A stretch of DNA of 64,000 bases from Rotaria socialis (Eukaryota): positions 1 to 64,000 of the forward strand of contig CAJNYD010000496.1 in the NCBI GenBank assembly GCA_905331295.1, read 5' to 3'. Position numbers and translations under genes: made by a program. Positions 13,661 through 27,061 of the stretch are shown piece after piece. The notes beneath the pieces are model-generated. The model was not told where the DNA came from, made no database searches, and saw only the letters and a list, made by a program, of their open reading frames with translations. The stretch's first letter is position 1; every line of letters begins with the position of its first letter.

Positions 13661-15819
13661 TTTTTCTCTACTAGATGTAAATTATAGAATTTCTTCGAAG
13701 GACATCTAAAACGTTTTTTTACTAGCAAAAAGAGCTCGTGACCAATCTATGGTTCTTACAGTACCCAATCTGGAGGATCAAAGACTTTTGTGTACAGTCT
13801 CTCTGTAGATTTTTATATTTTCAGCACGATGATTTTTTAAATATTTGTAGTTAAAATCTTTTCCATATGAAGATCCCGATTAGAATCGCTTGCGTAAAAA
13901 TTTCTGAACTTTCAGATAATGAATCTTTCAAATACAGAACTTTCTAAGTATAGATATCTGTTCATCAGTAGTATATATATAGCAAACAAGTTTCTGAAAG
14001 TTTTATAATTCTGTAAGATTCACTTCAAACGTTTCGTATTTTGTTTTCGTACGAACTAATCAGTTCAGATTGTTATATACGTGTGTCAAGTTTCAGATAA
14101 ATATTCGTAATAGTGGATTCCTACGGTAATATTCAGTAGAAACCTTCAATCTTCTGGTAAGAAAACTATGGAAACGAACTCTTTATTGGATGAACGTAAT
14201 TAACCGACATCGAAAAGATGCGCAAATATTAATTCAAGAATACATAAATACCTAAACTTTTCCATTCATCAGTGGCAGGTAACTATTCAAAACTATGTTT
14301 AATGCTGACAAAAACTTAATTTTGTTTGTCGACTTCACTATTCACCGTTACACTTAAAGGACGAGTTGCTAAGCTCACACATATGCAATCATTACACATG
14401 AAGCACGTGTTTAAAGTTTGTATTGGCATATTATTTACTTCTGATTTTATATTCGTTTTTCTCTTGAAACTATGGTTCAGTCTACAAAGTAAGTATGATC
14501 AATAATTCTTCATCAATCGGTGACAACACAGAGAATATTCAGCTCTGCTATTTTCTCCTCAATAACCTAGCTCAATGATTGCAACGATCGTTATTTATCA
14601 TAACATATCGTATTAATCGTAGCAAACACAAGCAATTATAAGTTCTCTCTACACATATTTAGATTCCTGAGCTCATTCTGTCTTATTCTTCATAGAGATG
14701 TAAAAAGAATCAATACTCCACGTAAGTGTAAAGACCTAAAGAAGTCTTTGGAGCTGAAATACATTATTCCTACTAAAATCATCTTTAACGAAGATGTGGC
14801 CGGATGAAAGGTCTCGCTATACGCTATTCGAGAACAATCCATACATTTGGATTATTAATATAATGTGAATCTAAGCTTTCATAGAAACGTTTTTAAAAGC
14901 CCTTTTAATAAAAATAAAAATTTCCTGCTCAAATCACTGGCCTGAAAGTATGCATCAATGAAGCGTGTTAGAATACCTTATTTGAGCAGGTATCATTCTA
15001 CTAGATAAAAAATTATTTAGTTCCCAGTTTTTGTAAAGAAAAATCTTTTAAAAGTTATTTTCGCTTAAATTCTTTTTTTTCTCCATAAAAATGGCGTACA
15101 CATAAAGTGTCGCCTAACGAACAGATCTTACAACGTCTTATTATATTAGGATCGATACGTTTCGAGAGAAAAAAAACAGAATTGCTACATTTCAAAGAAA
15201 ACGATATTCCAATATTTTTTATCCACGAATATGAATCGATGTTCTGCTGTTTCATTAGTGTTCGAACTACAATAGCTCACATGTAGACGAATGTTGTGAG
15301 GTTGATATTTGTCTTTAAAATACGTTTTCAAACTTTTTCGGAAAGGTAAATCGAAAAGCTTTTAAATTAAAAGTTGAGCTGAGAATACTATTACCTTTGC
15401 AAGTGTGTCTCAGATAGAGTAAGTCATCTACTCATTATAAATGATCGTTCTCCGCTTCGCAGCTGCCATAGTTATTTGGCGGTTTTCAAGGGCTTTCTTT
15501 CCAGTTTATTTGGATCCCACTGAGAATGAGAATGAACTTTGGTAAATGGTGACTACTATATATATGGGGCGGAAGTCATATCATTACTGAAAATTTAGTA
15601 CGTTCTGTGTGTCTAGATAATACGAGGTATTTATATATACATGTATATATGTATAAAAGCTTGAAGTAATGTAATCCCTTAGAAAAAGCATTGAATCAAA
15701 TCAAGATGACTAGTGCTTGTAGAGAAACTCTATGGATTTTGCTTAAAGTTCTAAAAACACTATCATGAGAGTGTGGGTGTAATTAAACAATTAATGCACT
15801 AATAGCCAGAAATTAGCTT

Positions 15820-15936
15820 AGTCATCGAATTCTGTCAGATGGTCTTAAAACTATCAGAATTCTATCAGGAGTGAACGGAAGCCCAGTTACCCATAATTCG
15901 AATCAGAATATGGGTCACTGATTGTTTTGACCTGGG
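15820..15936. mobile_element. Right end of a CCCAGG-family MITE (fragment)
   Basis: Ends in GACCTGGG like the other family members. The left terminus was not identified. Confidence 0.4.
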
Positions 15937-17798
15937 CTCCCCTGTTTTTTGATTATATTCATTAGCATTGGAATATTGATTCTTTAAAAGATTTAAAATA
16001 AGCAATTGTTAGCGGCATCTATTATTTATCGGTTGCAAGAAACAACATTGGAATATCATCGACTGGTTCTCTTCAATGAGCCAATATAGAATTAAATGTC
16101 ATATAATAATAATGTATAATGCAATTTAATTTTGATATCTTTTTCGAAACCAATATTGATCATGTAGTATCTATTCTTAATCATTATATGACTGTGGTTA
16201 TTATTGAACATACTAAAATAGATAATCTTGTGCATAGGTTTAATTTATTTCGTCTAAAAATATCATTAATCAGTACTTTATATCAAACTTGACAAAACTA
16301 TTTACGAATTTTTCATTTTTTTAAAAGCTATGTTCGCAAAATAGTCAACTGATTTTATGTTTATAAATGAAGAAAGCGAAGCGGTTTTCTGCTTTTAATG
16401 AAACAGTTGATGAGAATTATGATCGAATATTAGAACGATAGATTAAATTGATTTTCGTATCATTGACTGACAAATTACTTTTTCAATGATCACATATCAA
16501 CAGTAGAAGACGATCAATACATAAATTTGATCACTCATTAGGAGGAATCCAATTTGAGCACTTTAATATTATCTTTGTTTCTTTCATGGCGTTATCATAA
16601 AAATCAATTAGAAATTTGTTGTTCTTTTTTCAATTTCAGATGATCATAATAATGATTATATCAACTCAGTTTTACAATTTTTCCCATTGAAAAGCATCGT
16701 AATTAATAGATTAATGAATGAAAACTGAAACTTAAAATCTAAATCATTTCGAAGTTTTCATTCAAAGAAGAAGGCTAGTCGATTTTATCCGAAAGTAATA
16801 TGCTTAGGTAAGTTTTGAAATTTAAGCTTATTAATTCCAATGATGATCGTTAAATTTGAAAATGATTTACAGAGAGAGAAGATTTGCAGCAACTTCAAAA
16901 AAAAAAGGATTCCTCATATTTTCTGCTTACAATTGAAAAGCTAAAAATTATTGATAAACTTATTTCACAGCCAAGAGTTTCAATAATAATCCAGTATTTT
17001 TTCAATTTTAATTTAAAATAAAAATGATAACAATAAACTTATGCTATTAAGGGATTTTTCTGAAGAAATTTATTCGAATCGATTTAGAGTGTTTGAGATA
17101 GGTAACTGTACAGTACTCACGATCGAATCTAGGCTCCGGATACAAGTGTGTCATGTGATGAAAATGCATTGGGCACTGATGAAGATGACGATTTACCATT
17201 CGAAATCACCAACCTACCTTCTGATGACACAAATAATTATTTTATTTTCAATTTAAATTAAACTTAACCAGCGACAGATTTATCTAGTGCATGAATCATT
17301 TTTATTTTAATTAATCATTATGTTCTAAATGTACAACGCATTATTTAATTGTTTTCTACATGACATAATATTCTATCGTATGTACTCTTTTTCGTTGTAG
17401 ACAAAAGAATCTCTTTACAGTTTACCAATAGTTTTGATCAAATACTTTCATTTAACATCTATAAAGTAATCTGATCCGTGTATCAACTTTTTTTTTTTAT
17501 TGCGCAAACTTTTTCGTACAGAGTAAATAGATTTTTCATTTTAAAATCCTTGTACAAAACATTTGAATTGTCTGTCTAAAAAGAATTGAAAACATTGATC
17601 CCTTTCTCTTCATCAATGTGCAAAATGAAACAAATAAGCATCATTGATTTTTCTAGATAAATCTAAAGGTCAATAGGATTGTTGACGAATAAATTTACGT
17701 CGTGTTAGAATCATTTTTCTCTTTGATTCGTTTTCAATCGAACTATGACAGACAAAGAGATCTAATTATTTCTAGATAAAAATTCATGTATTCTAATA

Positions 17799-19999
17799 AT
17801 GCAATATTTATCGATAATCCTAAGACAATCAATGGCTCGTTTAACAATTCAACGTTGGTTTTTTCGTTCGTATCGTTTTCATTGTACAACTTTTATAAAA
17901 TGCATTCTATGTCTAATTATATTATATCTATTAAATGTTACATTTGGCGTGCAATATTATATATGGACGGAAAGATCCTTCGAGAATGAATATCATTTAC
18001 GAATGACACATATTGATATAACAAAACTCGATGAAGAAAATCCTGAAAACGTTTTAGGCGTACCGAAATATATAGTTTCGAATACGTTTATTATTAATAA
18101 TGAATATTTATGTAATAATGGAGATTCAGAAACAGTAAATAATCCACATCTATTGATCCTAGTCAAATCAGCAGTTGAGAATTGGACAGCAAGACAAGCA
18201 ATACGAATGACATGGGCAAAGAAAGAATTCTTAGAAAAAAATAACATTAAATTAGCTTTTGTTTTAGGTAAGTTTTATTAAAAAAAAAGCTCTCAAGTTT
18301 TTCTATAAAAAAAAATAACTTATCTCTACTAAATCTAAAGGAACTCTTAGATCAAAAACAATTTCTTCAAGTAAGCTATGTTTCATCGATATGATCATGC
18401 CTATATCTATCTGTTTATCTGTCTATATATTGATTTGCATGATTATCTTTTTGATTTCGCTCAAATAAATCTCCGATTATCATTTCAGTCACATTCAATA
18501 TTTTTTTCTATTGTAGGTGCAAACGAACAGAATTTCAGCGTAGAAAAAGAATCCCAATATTATAAAGATATTATTCAAATTGATAAAGTTGATTTTTATT
18601 ATCATAATTCATGTAAGTCTCATTTTAATATAAGATACCTTATAATCTCAAAGGTAGATTTCATTCGGTAGTTACATTGAAGTCAACAGGAGAAGCAACT
18701 TTGAAAAACAGTTAATCGATGTGTAAATCGATAATTATTCTTAAAGAAAAAATAGGTAGAGAAACGTCAAATAATATGTCAGAAAGTAGATAGATTTTCA
18801 ATCCAGATTGACATTTAACATTATTCTGTTAATAATTAACAAACAACTACAAAGCTATGAATAAGGATCATCTATTTTTTATTATTATTTAGACTGAAAT
18901 GCTAAACATTTTGTGCTATAATCAAAACTAAATATGCTAGTTGTTACTTTTACAAACTGCACATAAATTATAAATATTTAATAAAACATTAAATATAAAT
19001 AATTAAGTTAAAAATTGATGTTCATGTTTATGATTTTATTCTCATTCCGTGGGCTTATATTTTTAATTTTCAGATTCGATTGATGAATTAATATTATATT
19101 TCAATTAGCAGCAAGTTTTACAAACTTTTATTAGATAATCAAATAGTTTCAACCTTTACCTACGATTTTTTAAATTAAATCGAATTCTCTTAATGGAAAG
19201 TCTATTGAAATTTGATAATTAAGTCTACATCAGAATAGGACTCAAATGAAAATGCTTTTCTCTTTTGCAATGAATATTTCGAAAAGCGAAAAATATGTTT
19301 TCTATTTCTGTACAAAGTTAAGAAATAATATTGAAAAAAACTTTTTCTATAGATAAAATGGCAATGATGCTTCGTTGGATCAGTCAATACTGTTCATCTA
19401 AATCTCGTGATTTACCCTATAATGATCTTCGAAAATATGTTTTATTTGTTGATGATGATTATTTTATTGATTTAACATCTTTATTAATATATATAAATAA
19501 AATTGATGAAGATCCTCATATGACATCATATGAAAGACAAACATTTTTAACTGGTTATGTTTACCAAGGATCACGTCCACGTCGATTTTTAAATGATCGG
19601 TGGTATATATCAATAAATGATTATCCATATGATCATTATCCCCCATACGTAACAGCTGGGTGTTTTTTAATGACAAGATCTAATGCACGCCTATTTAATA
19701 TAGCATCAAAATATACTCCTTTATTTCGTTTCGATGATATTTATATGGGACTTTTAGCTTATTCCATGTCAATTAAATTAATTCCAAATAATGATTTATT
19801 TTCATCATATGGTTCATCATCAATTTTATTAACTAATCAAACGGGAATTTTATCAAGATTGAAAAGCTTTTTCACTAATTCAATTAATTTAAACTCAACC
19901 AACAAACCTATTTGCATTCATGGATATCGTGGCAAAGAATTAATTCAGATTTGGAATGATATTTATCAAACGAATCTAACACTTTCAGTAATTAATTGA
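17799..19999 (+). CDS. brn: GT31 beta-1,3-glycosyltransferase, brainiac/BRE-5-like, 3 exons
   Basis: Exons 17799-18267, 18517-18612 and 19353-19999 join in frame. N-terminal TM anchor, LVKSA..N..ARQAIRMTW, FVDDDY, KWY-like RWYIS..YP...PPYVTAG and FRFDDIYMG. The start may be the ATG at 17832. Confidence 0.88.
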
Positions 20000-20145
20000 T
20001 AAGGCTTTGTTTTTTCTTATTGTCAGATTATTCTTTGTTTCTATATTTACGTGCAAATGATTAAAACGAAAACATCTAATAAAGGATAAATACTGTGAAG
20101 GAGAATATCCCATTTTGTTTTCTAGATGTTCATTAATGAAACAAA

Positions 20146-23100
20146 ATGAAGCACAATGATTTTCTTTGTGGAGTTATTGAAGGTAACTTTACAATATTAT
20201 TTTCATAGTGTTAAAATGAAATATCACAGTTCTCGTTCTGTTGACAGATGCTCTCTGAATATGAGACTAATCATAGAGAGTATCAAAAACTGGAAACATT
20301 TGTTTAGACTATTTTAGTACGACTGAGAAAGCATAATTGAGAAAAAATTAAAACTTTATTAAAATAAATTTTTCGTAGATTAAATTAAAGCATATATATT
20401 TTTTATTTTATTTTATTTTATTTTAGGTTATTATGGTCGTCCATGGTCATTTAATCAACGTAAAACACTTTTTGAATAGTTCGTTTCTATATTCTTCTTC
20501 TTTTTCTTTATTGTAATAAAGAAAAATAAATTTAGTTGTTTAAAATTTGGTTTAAATACATATGTCTATGCACCAAAAGATGACGCAAAACATCGATCTC
20601 GTTGGCGTGATCTTTATTCACATGAAGAATCATCTGAACTGAGTCAATTGATTCATATAGCGAAACGTTATGGAATAAAATTTGTATATGCTTTATCACC
20701 CGGTTTAGATTTAATTTATTCATCGGATAAAGATTTGAAAGCATTAAAAAGAAAATTGGATCAAGTATGTTATTTACGATGACTTAAAAACAGGTTTAAA
20801 ATATAATTTTTTCATTTAGTTATCAAGTTTTCGATGTGAATATTGGGCTTTGTTATTTGATGATATTGAAAGTGAAATGTGCCAACAAGATAAAGATCGT
20901 TTTTTATCATTTGCACATGCTCAAGTTACTGTTACTAATGAAATCTATGATTATCTTAATAAACCAAATATTCTACTCTTTTGTCCAACCCGTAAATTAT
21001 CTTAAATATTCGAAATTCTTTAATATTTTGATTTATCTTTAGAATATTGCAGTCAAATGGCGAAACCTTCTCTTGAACGATCTTCCTATTTACAAACAAT
21101 TGGTAATGGTCTTCATCCTGATATTGATATTTTCTGGACCGGTAATACTCGTTTATTTAATTTAATTCGATTGTGTTTGTATCGATCAAGTTTTTATTTG
21201 TGACATTTTTCGTCTTTGAATTTTATTATCATCGATAAAACAATGATTAATAAACCAAATGTTACAGCATATCAATTGCTTATTCCATTTATTAATTATC
21301 ATTGATAAATGATGTATCAATTTCATATTATGAGTTAAGTCAACTTTGATATCTAAAAATAGATCACAAGACTACTGGAAATTGAACCGATACATTTGAA
21401 AATTCTTATAGGTGCACCATTCGTTTGAATAAAACGATTCTGTTTCGAGATGAACTTCTAGAATATAATAATCAAGTCAATACAATATAAAATTATAAAG
21501 ACAAGATAAAAGTTATTTCAAGTTTTTATCTTTATTTCTAGGTTCAAAAGTAATATCTCGACGTATATCTGTTTCTCATATATTATCAGTGAACACTGTT
21601 TTACAACGACGCGTAACAATTTGGGATAATTTAAATGCAAACGATTATGATCAACGTCGTTTATGTTTAGGACCATTTTCCGGTCGTTCATCAAATTTAT
21701 CATCTCGTTTATCTGGAATGTTATCAAATCCGAATTGTGAATTTGAATTAAATTTTATTCCGCTTCATACTCTTGGTCAATGGTATCAGTCATTACGAAT
21801 AAATGAAAGTCAAGATCAAATTGATGACGACGAAGACAGTCTTCAAATAACTCAAATTTATCTACCTAATAAAGCATTAGACCAAGCATTAATTGAATGG
21901 TTACCAGAGTTTCAGAAAGTTAAATCTGCGTACGATTCTCAAAAACTTGTGAAAGTATTTTTCATTGATTTTACTTTTTTAGATTGAAATATTTGATTAT
22001 CTTCTTTGTTTTTCTTTTGCTATTAAGATTGATAATTCTCCACAAGCGATGAGTCCTAAACCGACTGTATCATCATTAATCATCGATGAGGATTCACAAG
22101 ACTCGATATGTGAAAGTCAAACATCAACAACATCATCATCAAAAATGCATATTATGGAATGTGATGGGAATGGAAATACAGGTGGTGATCTAACATTAGA
22201 AGATATAAGATTACTTGTGGAATTATTTTATTTACCTTATGAACATGGGCCTAATGCTCAACAAATGTTTATTGATTTTTATTGGCTTAGATTTAATTAT
22301 TCTCGAAATGAAAAAGTAGATTTCCATTGTGTTTTATTCACCGTATATGAATGAAAAAAAACTAAATTATTTGTCTGTTTCTAGTTAAATGAATGGCATT
22401 GTCGGGCTTCATCATTTCATAATAATGCGAAACATGTTGGTCGTCTTGTTCAACGGTTAACAACAATTCATAATCGATCATTACTCTATGATATCTATAA
22501 TTATGCGTCTGATATTAGTTCAACTATTTCTCTGTGTTCAAGATATTTGCACTGGATGGGTAAGTATAATCCTATTTTCTCTTTCTATCCCATATTTAAT
22601 TTGTTGCGTAATTATAGATATTGATCATAAACATTCAACAGTATTCTTGTCTGGTGATATTGAACCAGCATCAAAACGTGGTGGTCTTGCAGGTGAATTT
22701 TTGGTATCGTATTCTGAATATTATTTTCTCTATTTTTCTTTCTAATATAAACAATTACTTCTAGAGTATTCTTCCGATGGGTGATTTTCAGTCAATAATT
22801 AAACCAGATATTAATACTTCACCAAGTGTTTTCTTCATTCAACAACTGTCTTCAGCAGATCAAGTTTGTTAAATTAACTTCGAAAAAAAGAGCTAGTTTT
22901 TGATTTATACTCTAGGCTGTTATATATGCTTTATGTACGCAAGTTTCTTATCGAGATGAAATCCATGATCTTCTAGATCAACATTCAGAAATTTTAGCTG
23001 ACAAGTATGCATTTTGTGTTATGGAAAAACTATTTAGCATTCATTAGTATTACATTTTCTATGATGAAATAATCTATGTCTATTAAAAACGAAAATTGAA

Positions 23101-24176
23101 TATCAAAATTAAATGCGAAACAATAAGTTAACAATTTATATAGAGCATTATAGATCAAATTCAAGTTGTTTGAAATTAAAAAATTCAATTGACTTATTGT
23201 AGATCGACTTAAATATGTTGACATAAACAAAATAATCGTTATTCAATTCGTGCAAGAAATGAGAATGAATATAAAAACGAACTGATGTCGTTCATGTCCC
23301 ATATTATAGAAATATAACAGAAAAAGATATCAGTCATTGAAATAGTTATAATGTAGTAGTAAAATCTTTAAAATCTATAGACTATCGTTGAGAATAATTT
23401 CAATATTTATATTAACTTCATTTTTATTACATCTGCCATAAGAACATTTCTTGTTCGAGATAAAAATAAATTTGTTTACCATATTTATTTTTAATGACAT
23501 AGAAAAATCGTTTGCTTCGATAGATTCTGTAGAGAAGATAATCAACTATTGAAATATTTATTGTACATCATTTTATTTATAGATTGATCGGTGGATATTT
23601 ATCAAGTTCATCGAATAATTTTGATCTATGTTTTTCTGTAAATAATATCGAAGATGAATTATGTGCATTTGTATTGACAATAATTGAAAGTGAAAAATAC
23701 GATAAAATTATTCAAGCAACATGGATTACACAACTCCATCAGAAATATCCGAATGTTGATCAAGTAGGAAAAAAACAATTTTGTTTTTCATCATTTTCTA
23801 TACAATTTATGTTAATCTAGAATTTCTTTGAAGTTAATGAATGTCATCAATGGATTTATGATCGATATGCTGTTCGTATACAATTATTTATTGATTTAAC
23901 AATCAAAACTGCTAATGCATATTTTATTGGAAATAAATTAATGAATATGATTATCAATAATCTAATTAAACGAGGTTTCTATTATTAGAATAAAATAAAA
24001 TAAAATAAAATATTTCTATTTTTTCCCAATATTCCTATTTAGGTTTTCATGGATGTCATGCTTTATTGGATGAACGATATCCTTTACTACATCAATTTTA
24101 TCTAAGACTTGGCTTTGTTGACCTACCAAATATTGAACAGAATGATCATATAATTCTTGTCGGAAAGCAATTTTAA
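20146..24176 (+). CDS. OGA: Protein O-GlcNAcase (GH84 domain plus C-terminal HAT-like domain), multi-exon
   Basis: [32 protein letters not shown], catalytic LLFDDIE (~20856-20870), [32 protein letters not shown], and C-terminal GFHGCH...FYLRLGF. Confidence 0.93.
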
Positions 24177-25510
24177 TAGCTTCTCTTTTTTCTTTTTACA
24201 TAATTTTTTTTTCTGTTTGATAATGTTCATTAAAAATATATATCTATGTATATGTTACCATTGTGTTTTGATAGTAATCAATTTTAGATTAAATTTTATG
24301 TTAGGATGAACACATCGTATTTTTATCTAATAATAGCAATCTTACGAATTTCAAAATGAAATATCGATCTTGATAGACTCTATTTTATTTTACGAATATG
24401 AACATAGAACTCCAATAAAACTGTCATATTTATGTGAGAAGTACTTAGGGTTTATTTGATACTTTTGATTCTGCTCTCTTGATCGTGTCTCTGTTTTTCT
24501 GTTAACAATAAAACGATTCTTTAGCTAAAGCTAACACTTGCAACGAATCATGGCCTATTATCTATTTAAATTCGTATTTTTTCTTTTTGAAGAAGCTTTG
24601 ATTATAATAGAAGCAAACTATACATACCTTTAGACTGGATAAAAGCATTATCAGTTATTTCTTCATTGTTCAGTACTGAAAAATGAATCAAATCTATTAT
24701 AATAAAATAGTTCCATGATAACTTCTATTGGTAAACATCCATATCAATGAATAAAACGCGACAAAAGTTAAAGCCGAGTACTTGAAATTCAACGATTCAA
24801 TTTTTGTGAAGATTTTTTTATAGATATTTTTCAATTATGTCTTCAATACATTGGTGTTGAATTTGATAAAAATAAAACATTTTTATCCGAAAAAATAATT
24901 TGCTCAATAAACCATGCAGTTTTAAAGAAACTAAACGAAAATTGAAGTCTTTATATTTAGCATATAATATTAACGAAATAATGTATCACCAAAACAGAAC
25001 GTATGGTCTTCAACTATCTCCCAGAAATTTCAGTTTCATTATTAAAAACAATGCATTCGAATTCCAAGATGTAAATTTAGCAATCGAAAACATTTCACCA
25101 TCCACAATTTTTACAATTTACCAAGTGTTCTCTTCTATCATTTTTTCAAAAATAGTCTACTAACAGTTTGATGCTACCAAAGTTTAGTTGATCATTGATT
25201 TAAATATTTTCTCTAGTTATACATTGTTTGAAGTGATTTGTCTTGGTTAAGTGCAATATTGATAGTCGTTTCAAATACGAACGAGAACGACTTCGAAAAC
25301 TCTCGTGATTATCTGAAAATGTTTATCTTGTACTGAATCATCATACAAATGTTGGATTATTTTTGAAGAGTTTATTGAATAATCATCGTCCAATTAAATA
25401 TAGAACTGCAATAAAAATAAATATTTTCAATTATTCTTTTGTTTTATTATTGTAAATCTTTCAGAACAAGGAAACGTAAATATGTATTTAGTTCAATTCA
25501 AGTCTATTTT

Positions 25511-26743
25511 TTATTCCAATTGTAAATTTGTATGTTTTAATTCATTTCTAATTCTATTTTGAAAAAATTGTACACCATTTTCCATTGAAGGTGATAAATA
25601 CCCTGGTTTATATATTCCCGCATCAAGATTATTTTGAACTTGCTCACAAATCATTTTATCCTCATTAGTTACTTCCAATGTTCTAATCATAGCTTCTTTC
25701 GCTTCAGCCATTCGATCGCTCATTTGAGATTCATCGTCAGTTGAACGTACAAAAAAGTCATAAGATAATATAGTTCGATCTTTACCTATCGGAAGAATAT
25801 GTTCAATACTATAGCCTTGTTCATATAAATTAATGGCTAAATTAGGATAAATAAAAACCCAGAGAAATTTCTCTTGACCACTTTCATGATTACGTGAAGG
25901 AGCATAATGAACTGAATATATATTATTCTTGTTAGTAACTAAATATTGTTTTGATTGAATAGTTTTATTAAGTAATGGATGTATACTTTGAATATGATAT
26001 CCTTCTTGGTAATTTTCTGCGTAGGTTTTCCAATTGCAATTAATTAAATGACATTGACTTTCGAAATGACGATATTCATTAAGAGGAAATGCCAAAATAT
26101 CATTTAATAAATCAGAAAAAAGCGTATAAATAGATGATTTCTCTTTCATCTCGATTAGATTAACAAAAATAAATTGTTCAGCAAAAATTTCAATATTAAT
26201 TTTTTTCAGACTTAAACATTTTTTCTCATCTGATTTAAATTTGTAACTAAAGTTTGGTGTAGCTTTCAATGCACCATCACGAGAATCAAATAGCCACGCA
26301 TGATATTGACATTTCAATAAAGATTGATTTCCATAAAGAGCAGTACCATAATTATTTGAATTTATAGGTACAATCGGACCAGCTCGATGTGAACAAACAT
26401 TATGAAAAGCAACTAATTCATTTGTTAAAGGACTACGATAAATAAATATAGGATATCCAGCAAGAGTTATGGATAAATAATCACCTAATTTTTTTAATCT
26501 GTCAAGTCGACCAATATACATCCAATTTTTCGCAAAAATATTTTCACGTTCTAATTGATAAACAGATGGATCATTATAAAGGTATGGAGGTAATGGTCGA
26601 GATAAGTCTTTGACTGAATCAATATTTGAACTGATACTACTTGCAGTTGTTGATTTTCGTACGAATGATTTTTGTTTATTAAAATAAAGAGCTGGAATCC
26701 GTTTTATTACATTTGTAAAAGAACCAGTAAATAAACGATTCAT
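25511..26743 (-). CDS. Rieske non-heme iron oxygenase alpha subunit (choline monooxygenase/CntA-like), intronless, probable mitochondrial presequence
   Basis: Rieske ligands NVCSHRAG and CQYHAW; mononuclear Fe motif NWKTYAENYQEGYHIQSIHP; C-terminal EDKMICEQVQ...G.LSP.ME.GV..F. The first ~41 aa are Arg/Lys/Ser/Thr-rich with no acidic residues. Confidence 0.92.
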   Translation of the reverse strand: MNRLFTGSFTNVIKRIPALYFNKQKSFVRKSTTASSISSNIDSVKDLSRPLPPYLYNDPSVYQLERENIFAKNWMYIGRLDRLKKLGDYLSITLAGYPIFIYRSPLTNELVAFHNVCSHRAGPIVPINSNNYGTALYGNQSLLKCQYHAWLFDSRDGALKATPNFSYKFKSDEKKCLSLKKINIEIFAEQFIFVNLIEMKEKSSIYTLFSDLLNDILAFPLNEYRHFESQCHLINCNWKTYAENYQEGYHIQSIHPLLNKTIQSKQYLVTNKNNIYSVHYAPSRNHESGQEKFLWVFIYPNLAINLYEQGYSIEHILPIGKDRTILSYDFFVRSTDDESQMSDRMAEAKEAMIRTLEVTNEDKMICEQVQNNLDAGIYKPGYLSPSMENGVQFFQNRIRNELKHTNLQLE

Positions 26744-27061
26744 ACTTAACTTTTATTTTCAAACGTAATGATTACCAATGCAAGTCATGTAAAGAAGAAA
26801 CTATATATAAACATGGATGATAACAACATATCTATCTCTATCTTTTCTGTTCTTATATACAGATATAAAAATATCAACTATATCATGCTAAACGTTATTA
26901 TTTACTTAAATATAACTTATTTTATTGTCGAATAATCATTTATATTAATTTATATTAAAAGATTTTGTTATTTCTTTCATAAAAATTTTTTTTTAAAATA
27001 ATAACCTATCTGTTTATCAATTCTCGAAATTGAAACTATCAGATTGAAATACAATTAAATG

